Positions 46,518 to 59,000 of a stretch of 64,000 bases of DNA are shown here, piece after piece. The stretch covers positions 1-64,000 of the forward strand of contig QPMI01000557.1 in assembly GCA_004431415.1 (NCBI GenBank), written 5' to 3'. The stretch is from Cyanophora paradoxa CCMP329. Lineage: Eukaryota > Plantae > Glaucophyta. The notes under the pieces were generated by a model that saw only the letters and a program-made list of their open reading frames with translations, did not search any database and was not told the DNA's origin. Positions within the stretch are counted from its first letter, which is position 1; every line of letters begins with the position of its first letter. The position numbers and the translations under genes were made by a program.

Positions 46518-47885
46518 CTAGAGCTCGAAGACCTCCTGGGCGGGGTCCATGTCTGCGCCGCGTCAGGTGGCGCCGGGGGGCGGGGGGGGGGGGGGGGGGG
46601 GCGCTCACTGAAGTTGGCGGAGAGCTGGGGGATCTGCTCGAAGCCCTTCTGCTTCATGAAGTCCCGCAACGAAGAGACGATGTTCGCGTGCGGCTGCGCC
46701 TTGCCAGCCGCCACCGCGCAGTCGATCGTCATCTGCCCGCCCGCCCCGTCGCCGGCGAGCCCCGCCCGCCCCGCGGGGACTCCCGCACGCGCGGGCGGGC
46801 ACCTTGAACGCGTACGTCATCGCTGCCTCGCCGAGTCAGGACCCTGCACTGGCGAGAGGAAAGACAGCACGTACCGCCGGCTGCCTTGCCACCGAAGTGG
46901 GCGTCGGCGGAGCCTGCGGGAGGAATCAGGGGGCGGGGGGAGGGGGGGGGGCCGGCTCACACTGCTCGTCGAGACAGCCCGAGTAGAGGATGACCTTGGG
47001 GCGGTCGCCCGGGCCGGCCCGCGTGCCATACCCGGCGGCGGCGCTGTCCATCTGGGCGGGGGTGCACGTCGGCTGCCGGGCGGGCGGGGCGGGCGGGGGG
47101 CGGGGACCTGGAGCTGGACGTCTCCCATGGCGACCGCCCGGCCCGCCCCCGCGTGCTGCCGCCCCGTCACCCCCCGCCCCGCCCCGGCCCCCCCCCGGCC
47201 CCACGCACGGGGATCTTGTTCAGGTCCGCCGGACCGCCCAGACTGCTCATCTTGCTGACGAGGCCGCCTAGCATGCCCCCGGCGCCCCCGCCGCCCCCGC
47301 CCAGCATCCCCATCACGCTCTGCACGGGGCTCGCCTGGGGGGCCCCGCCGGGGGCGCCCCCCATGGCCCCCATGAAGCGCTGCGCCCCCCGCGGCTCAGG
47401 GGCGGGGGAGGGGGGCGGGGCCGGCGGGGCGGGCGCCTGGGCCATGCCGCCGAAGCTGCCACCGAGGTTGTTGGCCATCTGCGGGCCCCTCGGCGGGGGC
47501 GAGGGCGGGGACGGGGCGGAGCGGAGCGAGCGGGCGCACCATGTGCGCGACCTGCGACATGATGATCGCCTGCAGGTTCGGCCCGCCCCCGGGCTGCATC
47601 AGGCCCCCTGCCGCCCCCTCAGCCCCCGCCCTGCCGCCCGGCACGCTGACCCCAGTCGGGCCCCGCACCGAGCATGCCCATCATGCCGCCGGCGCCCTGC
47701 ATGCCCCCCATGCCGCCGGGGGCGGCGAGGGCGGCCGGCGGTTTGGGTCCGCTGCTTTTGCTGCTGCAGCAGGAGAGGATCATGGCGAGGATGCCTGCCG
47801 GGGCAAGCGAGTCAGAGCAAGCGAGTCAGACGAGGGAGGACGCTCCAGGGGCCGCCTCTGGAGAGCACGCCCGCACCCCCGTTGC

Positions 47886-47942
<57 letters not shown>

Positions 47943-48459
47943 TCATGGCAGGGGCCGGGGCGCCGCCCCCACCGAAGTTCATGTTTGCCTGCGGGGGGTG
48001 AGGGGAGCGGGGGCGGGGTGGGGTGGGGCGGGGCGGGGCGGCGGGGGCACCATGGGGTCGCTGAGGGTGTTGGAGACGGCCTGCGAGAAGCCCGAGCTCG
48101 GCTTGATCCTGCACGCCCCTCAGCGCCCCCCGCACCCCCGGCGCCGCCTCGCGCACGTGAACTCTGCCCGCCCCGGTCCTCCCCGTCGGCGGCCGCCAGG
48201 CGGGGGCGGGGGCGGGGGCGGGCGGGGGCGGGGCGCACCGAGGTCCATGCCGGAGCCGGAGTGGCAGCTGCGGGCCGGTGGCGGTGAGGCGGGTGGCGGC
48301 GGCGGGAGGCCCTCGGCGGCGGGCCCGGCACCAGTCAAGGACGACGGTGACGAGCACGCCCGCCGGCACCGCCTGCACCAGCAGCCGGCTGCGCCCCGCC
48401 CCGTCACCTCCGCCCCGCCCCGGTCGCCTTAATCGGGTCCCCCTCCCACCCCCCCCCCC

Positions 48460-48492
<33 letters not shown>

Positions 48493-49497
48493 CCCACCCC
48501 AACCCTCAACCCCTCACCCCGCCCCATCCTCCCCCTCCCCGCCCCCCCGCACTTGCTGCGTACGCAGGGGTGAGCGTGACGAAACAGCAGTGGGGCACCG
48601 GGCGATGCCGCACAGTTCGTCGTCGAGAATAACGCCGGCCGTCTGCGCGCACCCACACGCCCCTCTCAACGTCCGGCGGGGCAGCCGGCAAGGCGCGGCG
48701 GCACCTTGCAGTCGAGCGGGCAGATGCACTTGGGTACGAGCAGTCAGCAGGTGCCGCAGGCGCTCTCGCGTTGGCAGCTCGCAGCCAACGCACCTCGTCC
48801 TGCCTGCAGGCGGCGTCAGGGGAGGCGGGGCGGGAGCCGCGGGCGGCGCGCACGAGTCCTTCTCGTCGCCGGTGCGGTCGGCCACCTGGCTGCCGTGCCC
48901 GGAGAACTGCGCCCCAGCTCGCCCACGCCGGCCAGCCCCGCTGGCGGGGGCCGCAGCGCCGCACCTGGAAGAAGAGTCTGTCTCCCGGACGAGCGCCTTG
49001 CACGAGCCACTGCAGCCCTGCGCCTCCGCTCAGCGCCCCCGCAGCGCTTGTCCGCTGAATGTTTACCGTTCAGAATGTTCTGCTTCGTGGGCTGCCCTTG
49101 GGGCCCGCGGCTCGGCTCCTCGACGACCTGCGAGGGCGCCGATCGGTGCCGCTCCGCGAGTGCAGCGAGCACCGATTTCCGCGCCATCATAACGTTGGAC
49201 TCAGGGTAGCCGAAGTGAGTTGTGATCAGCTGCTTCCTACGCGCGAACGTCAACCAGTTCTTCCCGCCGTTCAAGCTCGTGCGCACCAGGTGTAGCTGTC
49301 GTTGACCTACGAAAAACCTTTTAAAAAGCTGAATTCGAAAATTCAATCTTGTTAAACGCACGCATCCTGAGAGCTTCCCGGACGTCCACGTTTCGTAGTT
49401 GATTCCAACTGGGAAATGTGAGAACTTCGCGGCGTCTTTCGCATGTATTCGCTTCTATTGCACTTTCCAGCTGACCGATAAGCGCTTTCTTGGACAT
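46518..49497 (-). CDS. Metacaspase (peptidase C14B) without prodomain, with a long low-complexity interdomain linker
   Basis: Spliced MSKKALIVGINY...LSGCVND, PTKQNIL, WLVQGARPGDRLFF.FSGHG, ILDDEL, VLD.CHSGSGMDL; p10 VILYSGCLDEQ, AMTYAF, QIPQLSA. Confidence 0.92.
47888..47940 (-). repeat. (CAG)n polyglutamine tract (~18 Q) in the metacaspase linker
   Basis: Uninterrupted CTG run on the plus strand. Confidence 0.9.
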
Positions 49498-49698
49498 TTT
49501 TGAAGAGAAAGGCGTGCGTTACGCGGGTTCTCAATTAGATCGAGGGCCGGATCGGATAATCTTGCTCGCGGGGCGCTCCTCGTTGCCGGGCGGCTCGTTT
49601 GCGGCAGGACGGACGATTCGCCTGGCGTTGCACTGAGTGACGCGTACCCGTCGCGCTTTTTTTCGCGGCTTAGCTCCTGCCGGCTTGGCCTTCTTGGC

Positions 49699-52055
49699 AT
49701 GGTGACGTTCATGGAGCTCGGTCTTGACGGCTGGCTCGTGGAGACAGTTCGCAACATGGGCATCGCTCGTCCCACGCCGATCCAGGAGAACTGCATCCCG
49801 CCGATCCTGGAAGGTAGCCAAGCAGTGCGCAGCGCCCACGCTCCCGCCCCCCGCTCACGCCCTTCAGGCCGCGACGTGCTTGGCGCGGCTCAGACGGGCA
49901 GCGGCAAGACGGCCGCGTTCGCGCTGCCGATTCTCCAGAAGCTGTCTGAAGAGCCCTTCGGGATCTTCGCGCTCGTGCTCACACCCACGCGGTGCGCCAG
50001 CTGCGCAGCGCACACCGGCGCCCGCTTAGCTGCGGCCCTCGCGCGCGCGGGGATCTGAGCTCTGTGCGTTCTTGACGAGAGGTGCGCACAGGGAGCTCGC
50101 CTTCCAGATCGCGGAGCAGTTCCGAGCCTTTGGGGCCTCCATTGGCCTGCGCGACGTCGTGATCGTCGGCGGCATGGGTGCGGCCGCGCCGCACCGCCGG
50201 GTGCCGCCGGGAGGGCGAGGGTCGGGCGGCCGGCGCAGATATGATGCAGCAGGCGATCGCGCTGGCGAAGCGGCCGCACGTGGTCATCGCGACGCCGGGG
50301 CGGCTGCTGGATCACATGCGGAGCTCGAGCACGGCGGACTGGTCGCGCCTTCGCTTCCTGGTGTGCGACGAGGCGGACCGGCTGCTGGCGGGGAACGTGG
50401 CCGAAGAGGTGGCGGAGGTGCTCGCGCGGCTGCCGGCCTCGCGCCAGACGCTCCTCTTCTCCGCCACCGTCAGCGAGGCCCTCGAGGAGCTCCAGCAGGC
50501 CCGTCCCGCCCCCCGCCCCCGGCCCCCACCCCAGCCTCCTCACCCGCCCCCAGCTCTCTCCGCGCAAGCCCTTCTCGTACAGCGCCCCCTCGGCGTGCGC
50601 GGCGGGGCGGGGCGCCGGCGGGGCGGGGCGGGGCGGGGCGGGGCGGGGCGGGGCGGGGCGGGGCCGACGGGGCGCAGGGGCTCGACGGTGGAGGGCCTGC
50701 GGGAGGAGTACATGTTCATGCCGGCGAAGGCGCGCTCGCCGGGGTGGCGCGGCGCGGCTGGGCGAGGGCGAGGGCGGGGCGGCGCAGGTGAAGGACGTGT
50801 ACCTCGCCCATCTGCTCCGCCGCCACGCCGACACCACCGCCATCGTCTTCGCCCCCTCCTGCCGGTCCCCCGCCCGCCCCGCCGAGGGGGGGGGCGTCCG
50901 CTGAGGCGGCGCAGGGCCTGCGAGTACGTCGCGCTGCTGCTGCGCGAGCTCGGCACCCGCTGCACCGCCCTCCACTCCTACGCCAGGCCCGCACTCCCCG
51001 CCCCGCCGCCCCGCGCCCGGAGCGAGGGGGCGGCAGCCAGCCCGAGCGGCTTGCCGCGCTCGCCAAGTTCAAGAACGGCGTCGTCTCCGTGCGGCCCGGC
51101 CCCGGCCCCGCGGCGCCCCGCGCCTGACGCCCGCGCAGGTGCTCGTCGCGACGGACGTGGCGAGCCGGTGCGGGGGCGCGGGGCGGGGCGCGGGGTGGGC
51201 GAGCGGGGCGGCAGAGGGCTGGACATCCCGACGGTGGGCCTGGTGGTGAACTACAACGTGCCGGCCGTCGCCAAGGAGTACGTCCACCGCGTCGGCCGCA
51301 CCGCCCGCGCCGGTCCGCGCCCCGCCCCGCCCCCCCCCCCCCCCCGCCCTCCCCCCCCCGCCCTCCCCCCCCCCCCCTTTTCGGCAGACGGGGGCGCTGA
51401 GCGGGGCAGGGCGGGGCGGGCGGGCGGTGACGCTGGTAACGCAGTACGACGTGGCCCTCGTGCAGGCCATCGAGGCCTTCACCGGCGCGCCCCGCCCCGC
51501 CGCCCCCGCCCGCGCCCCTCCCCGCCCGCGCCGAGGCGGGGCGGGGGGCAGGAAGAAGCTCGGGGAGTACGGGGCGGCCGAGGCGGAGGTGCTGGAGGAC
51601 ATCACGGAGGTCGTCACCGCCCGCCGCGCCGCTCGCCTTGTTCGCGCCCCGCCCCGCCCCGCCCCGCCCCGCCTCACCCCCGCAGCGCCTCGTGGAGAGC
51701 GGCTTCGGGAGAAGCAGAAGGAGCGCAAGGAGAAGGCTGCCCGCCGCGCAGCCCGCGACGTGCGCCCCGCCGCCCCACCGCCGTGCCGCCGCCCTCACCC
51801 GCCGCGCAGGCCGGCGATGGCGGCGCAGGCGAGGCCGCCGCCCCCGCAAAACGCCGCCGGGAGGAGGGGGGCAGCGAGGGCGGCGCCCGGCGCGGCCACA
51901 AGAAGCAGAGCAGCGAGGAGAAGCAGAGCATGGCGTGCGGGGGCGGTGGCGCGAGGGATGGGCGTGGCGGGCGCGGCGGCTCGCAGGCAAGTGGGCGTGC
52001 GTCGAAGGGATCGCAGCGAAGATCCAAGCCCAAGAAGCGCACCACGCCTGGCTGA
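49699..52055 (+). CDS. DDX49: DEAD-box RNA helicase DDX49/Dbp8, multi-exon
   Basis: [82 protein letters not shown]. Confidence 0.93.
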
Positions 52056-53169
52056 CCCCGCTTTCACCGCCCTCCTCTATTCACAAGCAAATTCAGAATT
52101 CGAACCAGAATTCACTGCGCCGGGTCGAAGCGCTGCCGGACAAACCTTGGGGAGTGGGGACTCCACGGCCGGCCCGGCGGGAGACTGAGAGATCCCGCAA
52201 GCCTTGAAGCTCAATTGCAAGCTAGCGCTGTGGCCCGCGCCCGAGATCACGCGCGTGCGCCCGGGCCCGCACGGACATCGATGTTTCAGAATTATCGGGC
52301 CGCCGTCACGCTTACTTCATTTGCACGGCATGGTCAAAAAAAAACCGTTGAACCTCGTGATCAGCCGCTGAGCTTGAACTTGTGAACTTCGGAAGCCTTG
52401 AAGCCTCAGGGCCTTTTTCGAAGCCCTGCATGAGCTCGGCGGTGCGCGGGCACCAAGCTGCAAGCAAGTACAGGACTTTCGCTGATTGCGATATCGTCTC
52501 GCAGTTGCCACCAATGCTTCAGGCACAGAAGCTCGGCCTCGCTACGCCACGGACTACGCAGGCGACACGGGGGTCGCCTCGCGGCCGACGCCTCCATCTA
52601 GCAGAACGTCTAAGACCGCCAACAGCGAGGACCCATGGGGCGCTATCCTGAACACGAGCGAAAGCGCCCAGTCCCAGCAGCTAGGCAGGAAGCTCAACGA
52701 ACGCTTCACAGGCCCGGTCATCTAGGGATTCAACTAGGGCTACCCATTTTTTCCTCTAGATGAGCACGAGTTGGCAGGCCGGCACCACTAGATGGCAAGC
52801 GGTTCCGGGAGATCCTGTCCGGCGAGCAGCGGGCCGTGTAGCTCGCTAGCTATGTTCTGTTATTAGTATAAACACTGCCCGCGCCCGCGCCGCTGTCCGC
52901 TGCATGAGTGGCATGTCAATGGTCCGACGGTCAGTGCGAGGAGCGGCGGGCCGCAGCAGCACGATAAGTCGCGACAGTTATGCTCTGGCTATCCATGGCC
53001 AGCGCCTCTGTATGATCCCTATGTCCCCGCTCTCGAAGTGCGCGCGCCCGCGGGCCGGCGCGCGCCCGAAGTTCGCGCTCGCTTCCCTTAGGTGCGCCAT
53101 CGGCTTTCTTTAGCGTTTCAGATGGTCCCTGGACTCTCCCGTTAGGTAAGGAAGGCCAGGTTCGCGCGC

Positions 53170-53760
53170 GCCGCGCGCCCTCGCCGCCTCCCCGCCCCGC
53201 AGAGAGCCGCCCCGATGCCCGCGCGCAGGCCCGATCAAGCCCCGCGACCGGCCGCCCGCCCGCCTCGCCCCGCCCCGCGCCGCCCCCCCGCCTCGCCGGC
53301 GGGGCCAAGGCCAGGTCCGCGCCGCCCTCGCCGCGGCCGCCTCCCCGCCCCGCAGAGAGCCGCCCCGATGCCCGCGCGCAGGCCCGATCAAGCCCCGCGA
53401 CCGGCCGCCCGCCCGCCTCGCCCCGCCCCGCGCCGCGACCGCGCCGCCCCCCCCGCCTCGCCGGCGGGGCCAAGGCCAGGTCCGCGCCGCCCTCGCCGCG
53501 GCCGCCTCCCCGCCCCGCAGAGAGCCGCCCCGATGCCCGCGCGCAGGCCCGATCAAGCCCCGCGACCGGCCGCCCGCCCGCCTCGCCCCGCCCGCGCCGC
53601 GACCGCGCCGCCCCCCCGCCTCGCCGGCGGGGCCAAGGCCAGGTCCGCGCCGCCCTCGCCGCCTCCCGCCCCGCAGAGAGCCGCCCTAATTCCCGCGCGC
53701 AGGCCCGATCACGCCCCGTGACCGGCCGCCCGCCCGCCCGCCCCGCCCCGCGCCCCCCCG
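53170..53760. repeat. GC-rich tandem repeat, ~155-165 bp unit, ~4 copies
   Basis: GCAGAGAGCCGCCC recurs near 53199, 53352, 53517 and 53673. Confidence 0.9.
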
Positions 53761-53999
53761 GTGCGGGCCAAGGCCAGGGGCCAAGGTGCGGGCCGCCCGC
53801 CCCGCCCCGCCCCGGCGAGCTAAGGCCAGGTCCGCGCCGCCTGCCCCGGGGCCCCGCGCAGACCCGCAGCGTGCGGGTAGCTTTAGTTGGCAGTTAGCAG
53901 TACTAGTTAGCCGTAGGCATGCAGCTGGATTTTGTGTTTATAATTACGATGTCACAGTGTCCGGATCCGTGGCCGATACCGAAATTTTACATTTTAATT

Positions 54000-54447
54000 T
54001 GACATTTTCGGGGATGCATCTCAAGAATATCTGAAATTCTGGCGAGCACGAGATTCTGGCGGCAATTCGGGGCAAGGCGGTTTCCGGTTTCGACATTTAA
54101 TTTTCCCGGAGAAAAGCCAACAATCTCAAGAATGTCAGAAATTCTGGCGAGATTCTGGCAACAATTCGGGGCAAGGCCGTTTCCGGTTTCGACATTTTCC
54201 CGTAGAAAAGCCAACAATCTCAAGAATGTCAGAAATTCTGGCGAGATTCTGGCAACAATTCGGGGCAAGGCCGTTTCCGGTTTTGACATTTTCCCGGAAA
54301 AAAGCCAACAATCTCAAGAATGTCAGAAATTCTGGCGAGATTCTGGCAACAATTCGGGACAAGGCGGTTTCGGGTTTTGACATTTTCCCGGAAAAAAGCC
54401 AACAATCTCAAGAATGTCAGAAATTCTGGCGAGATTCTGGCAACAAT
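54000..54447. repeat. 94-bp tandem repeat, ~4.5 copies
   Basis: TCTCAAGAATGTCAGAAATTCTGGCGAGATTCTGGCAACAATT at 54124, 54218, 54312 and 54406, with a degenerate copy at 54019. Confidence 0.95.
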
Positions 54448-54719
54448 TGTTGTATACGCATGGACCTCACACCCGGGCAATTCCGCTTCGCTCCATAGCC
54501 CCCGATTCCATGCGTTTCAAGTGTATACCTCCAGCGTTTCATTAGTTATTTCACCATATACGTCTACCCCACCGATCCAGCTACGTCTACTATCCGATTC
54601 CCTAGGTCGAAGCCTAGCAATATCTGACGACTATACAAGGCAGAGGAGACAACAAGAATAGGCGAAGAGGAGCGCTGCCCCCATGAGCGCGGTCTGCAGA
54701 GCAACGTGGCAGAATAGTC

Positions 54720-54975
54720 TAGACGATATTAATGTGTACAATGAAGCTATCAGAGGAAACACGTTTAGCTTAATTTTAGGCGATAATGAAGTGTACATCG
54801 AAGCTAACAGAGGAAGCACGTTTAGGTTAATTTTAGGCGATATAGATGAGTACGATGAAGCTAACAGAGGAAGCACGTTTAGGTTAATTTTAGGCGAAAT
54901 GATGAGAACATTGAAGCAACCAGAGGAAAAGCGTTTAGCTCTATCTAGGCGATAATGATGAGTACATTGAAGCAC
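54720..54975. repeat. 57-bp tandem repeat, ~4.3 copies
   Basis: CAGAGGAA at 54751, 54808, 54865 and 54921. Confidence 0.9.
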
Positions 54976-55084
54976 TTCGTGTCCCAAGAGCGCTCTGGTG
55001 CGGCCTCTGGAGGTGTGTCGATGGCTTTATCTTTGTTTTAAATGTTTTAATTCGGAGGGTCAAGTTCACGAGAAAACTTTGCGG

Positions 55085-55200
55085 ACGCCGTGACGTGATG
55101 CTGTGACGTGGCGAGAAAACGGCGAGATACGTGACACACAAAAGATTGGCGCTGATAGTGCGCTGATAGTGCGCTGATAGCTAGCACTACTATAAATGCA
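55085..55200 (+). promoter_or_regulatory. Putative Pol II-type promoter of the pPolB gene
   Basis: Two TGACGTG, an ATTGG (reverse CCAAT), GCGCTGATAG(T) x3 at 55149-55180 and TATAAAT at 55191-55197, about 150 bp before the ATG. Confidence 0.5.
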
Positions 55201-55342
55201 TTTGCGTACGCGTTTACACCGCCACCTTGCAGTTAGTTGCATGGCTTAAAGGTTTCTCGCATACATACTAGCAATCAGAGATTGACTGCGATTAATTCGC
55301 AAAAAGTTTTCGGCCATCCAATATTGTAGAGACCTATTCATA

Positions 55343-56037
55343 ATGGACAGGAACAATCTGAGAGCTGAAATTCGGAGTCTAGCGCAGGAGCTACACAATC
55401 TAAGGTACATTAACGGAACATATTTGAACACACTGATGCGACTAGCAGACCCACAGAGGGGAACCCACACACAAAATCTTCGAGCTAATCTGTCAACATT
55501 GCTTAGACTTAGACAGACGAACCGGCCGCAGCGCCCTTTGTACCAGTCATGGATAACAAGTCATTTTGAGAACGAACGCAATGCTCGAATTGAAGCCACG
55601 CGAGAGTTTGATGAAATTGTAGAGTATGGGATCTCGAATTTATTTCGCGAGACAGGTCGAGGCGATACCGTGTTAAATTATACTCATTATGCATATCCGG
55701 GGTTGTTATTTACCAAGGATGTTTTGGATATTGAACCGACTCCAATGCCAGAGCGGGTTAAAGAGATCACGATTGAGTTTCTGAGAGAGCTGCGAATTCC
55801 AGAGAAAATAGGATCAAGCGTTCTAATTCGGTTTCATTTCGATAACTTTCGCATGTATCGCACTCAACTAGCAACAATCGAAGAGGGCACAATGCAGTCG
55901 CTCTTGTCAAATCTGGCTGAAAAGATGGAACAATGGATGCTAGCGCAGCAGCCATATGAAGACAACGACCTTTGGCCAGTAGTGAAAATAGAGGTGCTCA
56001 TTGCAGAGAACGCTGCAGGCGCACTTGGAAACGTACC
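55343..56037 (+). CDS. Protein-primed DNA polymerase B, 5' part (putative terminal-protein domain), interrupted by LINE
   Basis: After removing the LINE and one TSD copy, ...ENAAGALGNVP joins in frame to KLPFNGKALTMNKIYC... Confidence 0.85.
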
Positions 56038-59000
56038 CCCCGGAACCTGGCGAGGCACGTAGCGGCACAGCGGCAGCAGCGCGGAGCGTGGTACGCACCT
56101 TTTCTTAGCCTCTGCGTGATTCTGGAACTCTCCTGCCTTCGGGCGCAAACTCTCTGCCGTATGGCGCAAACTCGTGTTACCGTCCCTGTTGCCCTGCGTG
56201 CGCACTCACGTGTGCATTGCCTTGAACTCCGTTCGGCAGCCGAAGCTGAAAAGTACGAAGCCCTGGCCACCGGTGTCCGCACGGCGTCATCCGTCAGTTG
56301 TGCTTTCGCCTCTAACTCCTGTCAAGCATGTTCTCGTTACATTCTACGTCATACATACGCTCAGCTCAGCTCTCGCGTGCGGGCATCGACTTGGGCAGTT
56401 ACCGTTACGTGGGTTGTGCGAAGTGACTCTGCTGACGGCCGATTAACTGCGCACTCTGTTATTTTTACAGCTGATGCCAAGCCAAGCTCTCGGGTTTTCG
56501 GCTCTCATCTCGTAACCCTTATACCTCTTTTCGTCGCTGGGACTGCCCCCCCGCCCAACATTCATCGCCTTCGTGCACCGCCGTGGCCTGATTAAATATG
56601 GTTAACATTGCATCCTTGAATGTGGGAGGGCTCAACAGTCCCAACAAGCTTCAGAAATTTGTGGAACGTTGCCGGAAGTTTGCCATTGCCCACAAGATAG
56701 ACATCCTCTGCTTACAGGAAACTAAGCTGCGGGAATTTGATGCTGCTGGCCACGCCTTAGGAAAGCTCGAAAAGATTGCAACTGCCTGGCGAGGCCCATT
56801 CTTCCACTCTGCTCCGACTCAATCCCGCTCCACTGGTGTTGCCATCATGGTCACACCCTTCTTCGCTGCAGAGCACGAGGTTACGCTTGCTCGTCAGGAT
56901 TCTGATGGACGCTTTATATCCGTATCTATTGCGTTTAAGGCATCGGGTTCCTTCCCGGCTACGAAAGTACTCTTGGCTTGTGTCTATGCCCCCGCTAGTA
57001 ATAACAGAGACCGCCTGGACTGGTGGCAGTCTTGTGTGCAGGCTGGGTATCTCTCCGCCACTATGCCTATGCTTCTTATCGGAGACTGGAATCACCGCAC
57101 TCCAAAGCCTAATTCCCTGCAGCGCTCGTACCTTCGCACAACGATGACCTTCCACCAGCTTGATGATCTTGCGAACCATGCTCCGCCGCCTCCTGCCGGC
57201 GAGCCTGCATCTGCTTTCGCCCCAACTTATTCGCGCATTGTTAGCCTTAAAGCTGTTAACTCGCGCCTCGACTTTGCTCTTGCAACCAAGTGGTTCCAGC
57301 GCCGCCTTGCCACGTACTCGCTCCTAGCGCCGTCTGATGCGCTCCATCTTCAGCTTGACCACCGTATTGTTGTTCTCTCCTTTTCAGGCCCTCGTGTGCA
57401 CCGTCACTCGCCCCGGTCCCGCGTGCAAGCGTTCCCGTACGATTTTGTCAGCAACCTGCCTGGACAGTACTCTCAGCGCGGCGACCCAGTCTGTCTTGAC
57501 CCAGCTCTGCGCAAGCGTACGGAAACGCACTTAACTCAGTTCCTGAACACTGTCCTGCAAGAACGTGGGGACAATGGGGTAGTTGTTGATGCTGCCGCCT
57601 TTGATGACACATGGCGCGCATTCTGTAAGCGGCTCTGCAAAATGGCACGTAAACACAGAGCACATGTGATAAGCAAGCTATACACGCATGAGCGCGCGGC
57701 GTACAAGGCGCTGGGCGATGTCGAGGTGAAGATCTACCGCTTGCCGCCCGGCTCCGATGCTGTCGCGCTGTACCGCGAGCGCACCCAGAGGCTTGAATCC
57801 CTGCGCGAACTTCAGAAGAAGGTCTCTCTCAACAATCGCCAGCTCGCTAGACTTCAGCACCGGCTCACGTTTGAAAGCGGCTCTAAGCGCGACTGGGCGC
57901 GGCTCGCCAAGCCCTCCTCCGTTGTTCCCCCGCCACTGCACTTCACCTCGGATGGTTCCACTGCTGTCGCTGTTGAGCCTGCCGCGGTTGCGAACTATTT
58001 GGCTAGGAAGCTTGAAGAACTGGGCGCTCCTACCCCTGCTTTCCTGTTGACTCAGACCTCTATCCTCGACTCTCTCTGCCCCCCTCCTGAACCCCCCGAG
58101 GACCCTACTGTTGATATCCCCCTTCCTGCTGCCCAGGATAATCCTTCCGCTGCTGCTTTCATTCAGCAATTTGGGGACGACCTCTTGCCTCATGTTCAGG
58201 GCACGGTCCCTCCTGCCTGGCGCACCCAGTCTAAAATCTCACCTGATGACGTAGCTTTTTCCATCAGTAAAGCATATGCCCATGGGGCGCCAGGCCCGGA
58301 TGGGATACCCGTTGGTGTCTTTAAGATGCACATTAAACCTTGGTCTGTTTTCCTGGCTGCCTACTTCCAGAAGGTTGCTTTTCAAGGCTTCCTTCCTGAT
58401 TTTATGCGTGACTTGACCTATACTTTCATCTGGAAACGGGCTGGCCTACCCACTGATGCCTCGAAATACCGACCTATTGGAGTCTCTAACACGCTCCTGC
58501 GCCTTTTGAGCGGACTATGGTTACGCTAGCCAATCCAATCTTGCAACTCATCATTCCTGAAGATCAGTTTGGATTTGTACAAGGTCGGGATGTTCATAAA
58601 AACATCTTTGCAGTGCTGGCCACGTATACACGCATCCGCTACGCCAATTATGATTGTGTTATTGGGTTCGACTCGGATCTCAAGTCTGCCTACGATCTGT
58701 TGCTCTGGGTTATTATGGCGCTCGTTCTCCATGTTCAACAGTGGCCCTGGCTTATCCGACGGATGCATCACTGCTTGTACAACCCTAGAGCTCCCCTCCG
58801 TGCACGTGTATTTGCGAATGGGCTCTTCTCTTCTGTTTTCTCACGTCTTGTGGGCACCATTCAAGGTGGTCCCTGGAGCCCAGTTTCTTTCATTCTCTCG
58901 ATCAGCCCTCTACGTTCTCTCTTGCTTTCGCTCACTGATATACCCCGCCCTGTTGGCACCCCCCTTGTCCAGTTTGCTGACGATATTTATCAACTGTTCC

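Noticed and set aside
13000-52000. Numerous long Arg/Pro/Gly/Ala-rich ORFs in the track (e.g. 13877-16708, 21201-23960, 33236-35521 as given)
   Set aside because: They are shadow or intron read-through frames caused by very high GC and few stop codons.
11456-53900. One giant element spanning both viral arms and capturing the host genes between them
   Set aside because: The two arms differ in base composition and share no visible terminal repeats. The middle is ordinary intron-rich housekeeping sequence.
53987-54498. Repeated ORFs MSKPETAL... / MSEILARF...
   Set aside because: These arise from a 94-bp unit that is not a multiple of three, so the repeat is non-coding.
55972-56595. 207-aa ORF as LINE ORF1
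   Set aside because: It begins outside the TSD-defined element and shows no RRM, zinc knuckle or coiled-coil features.
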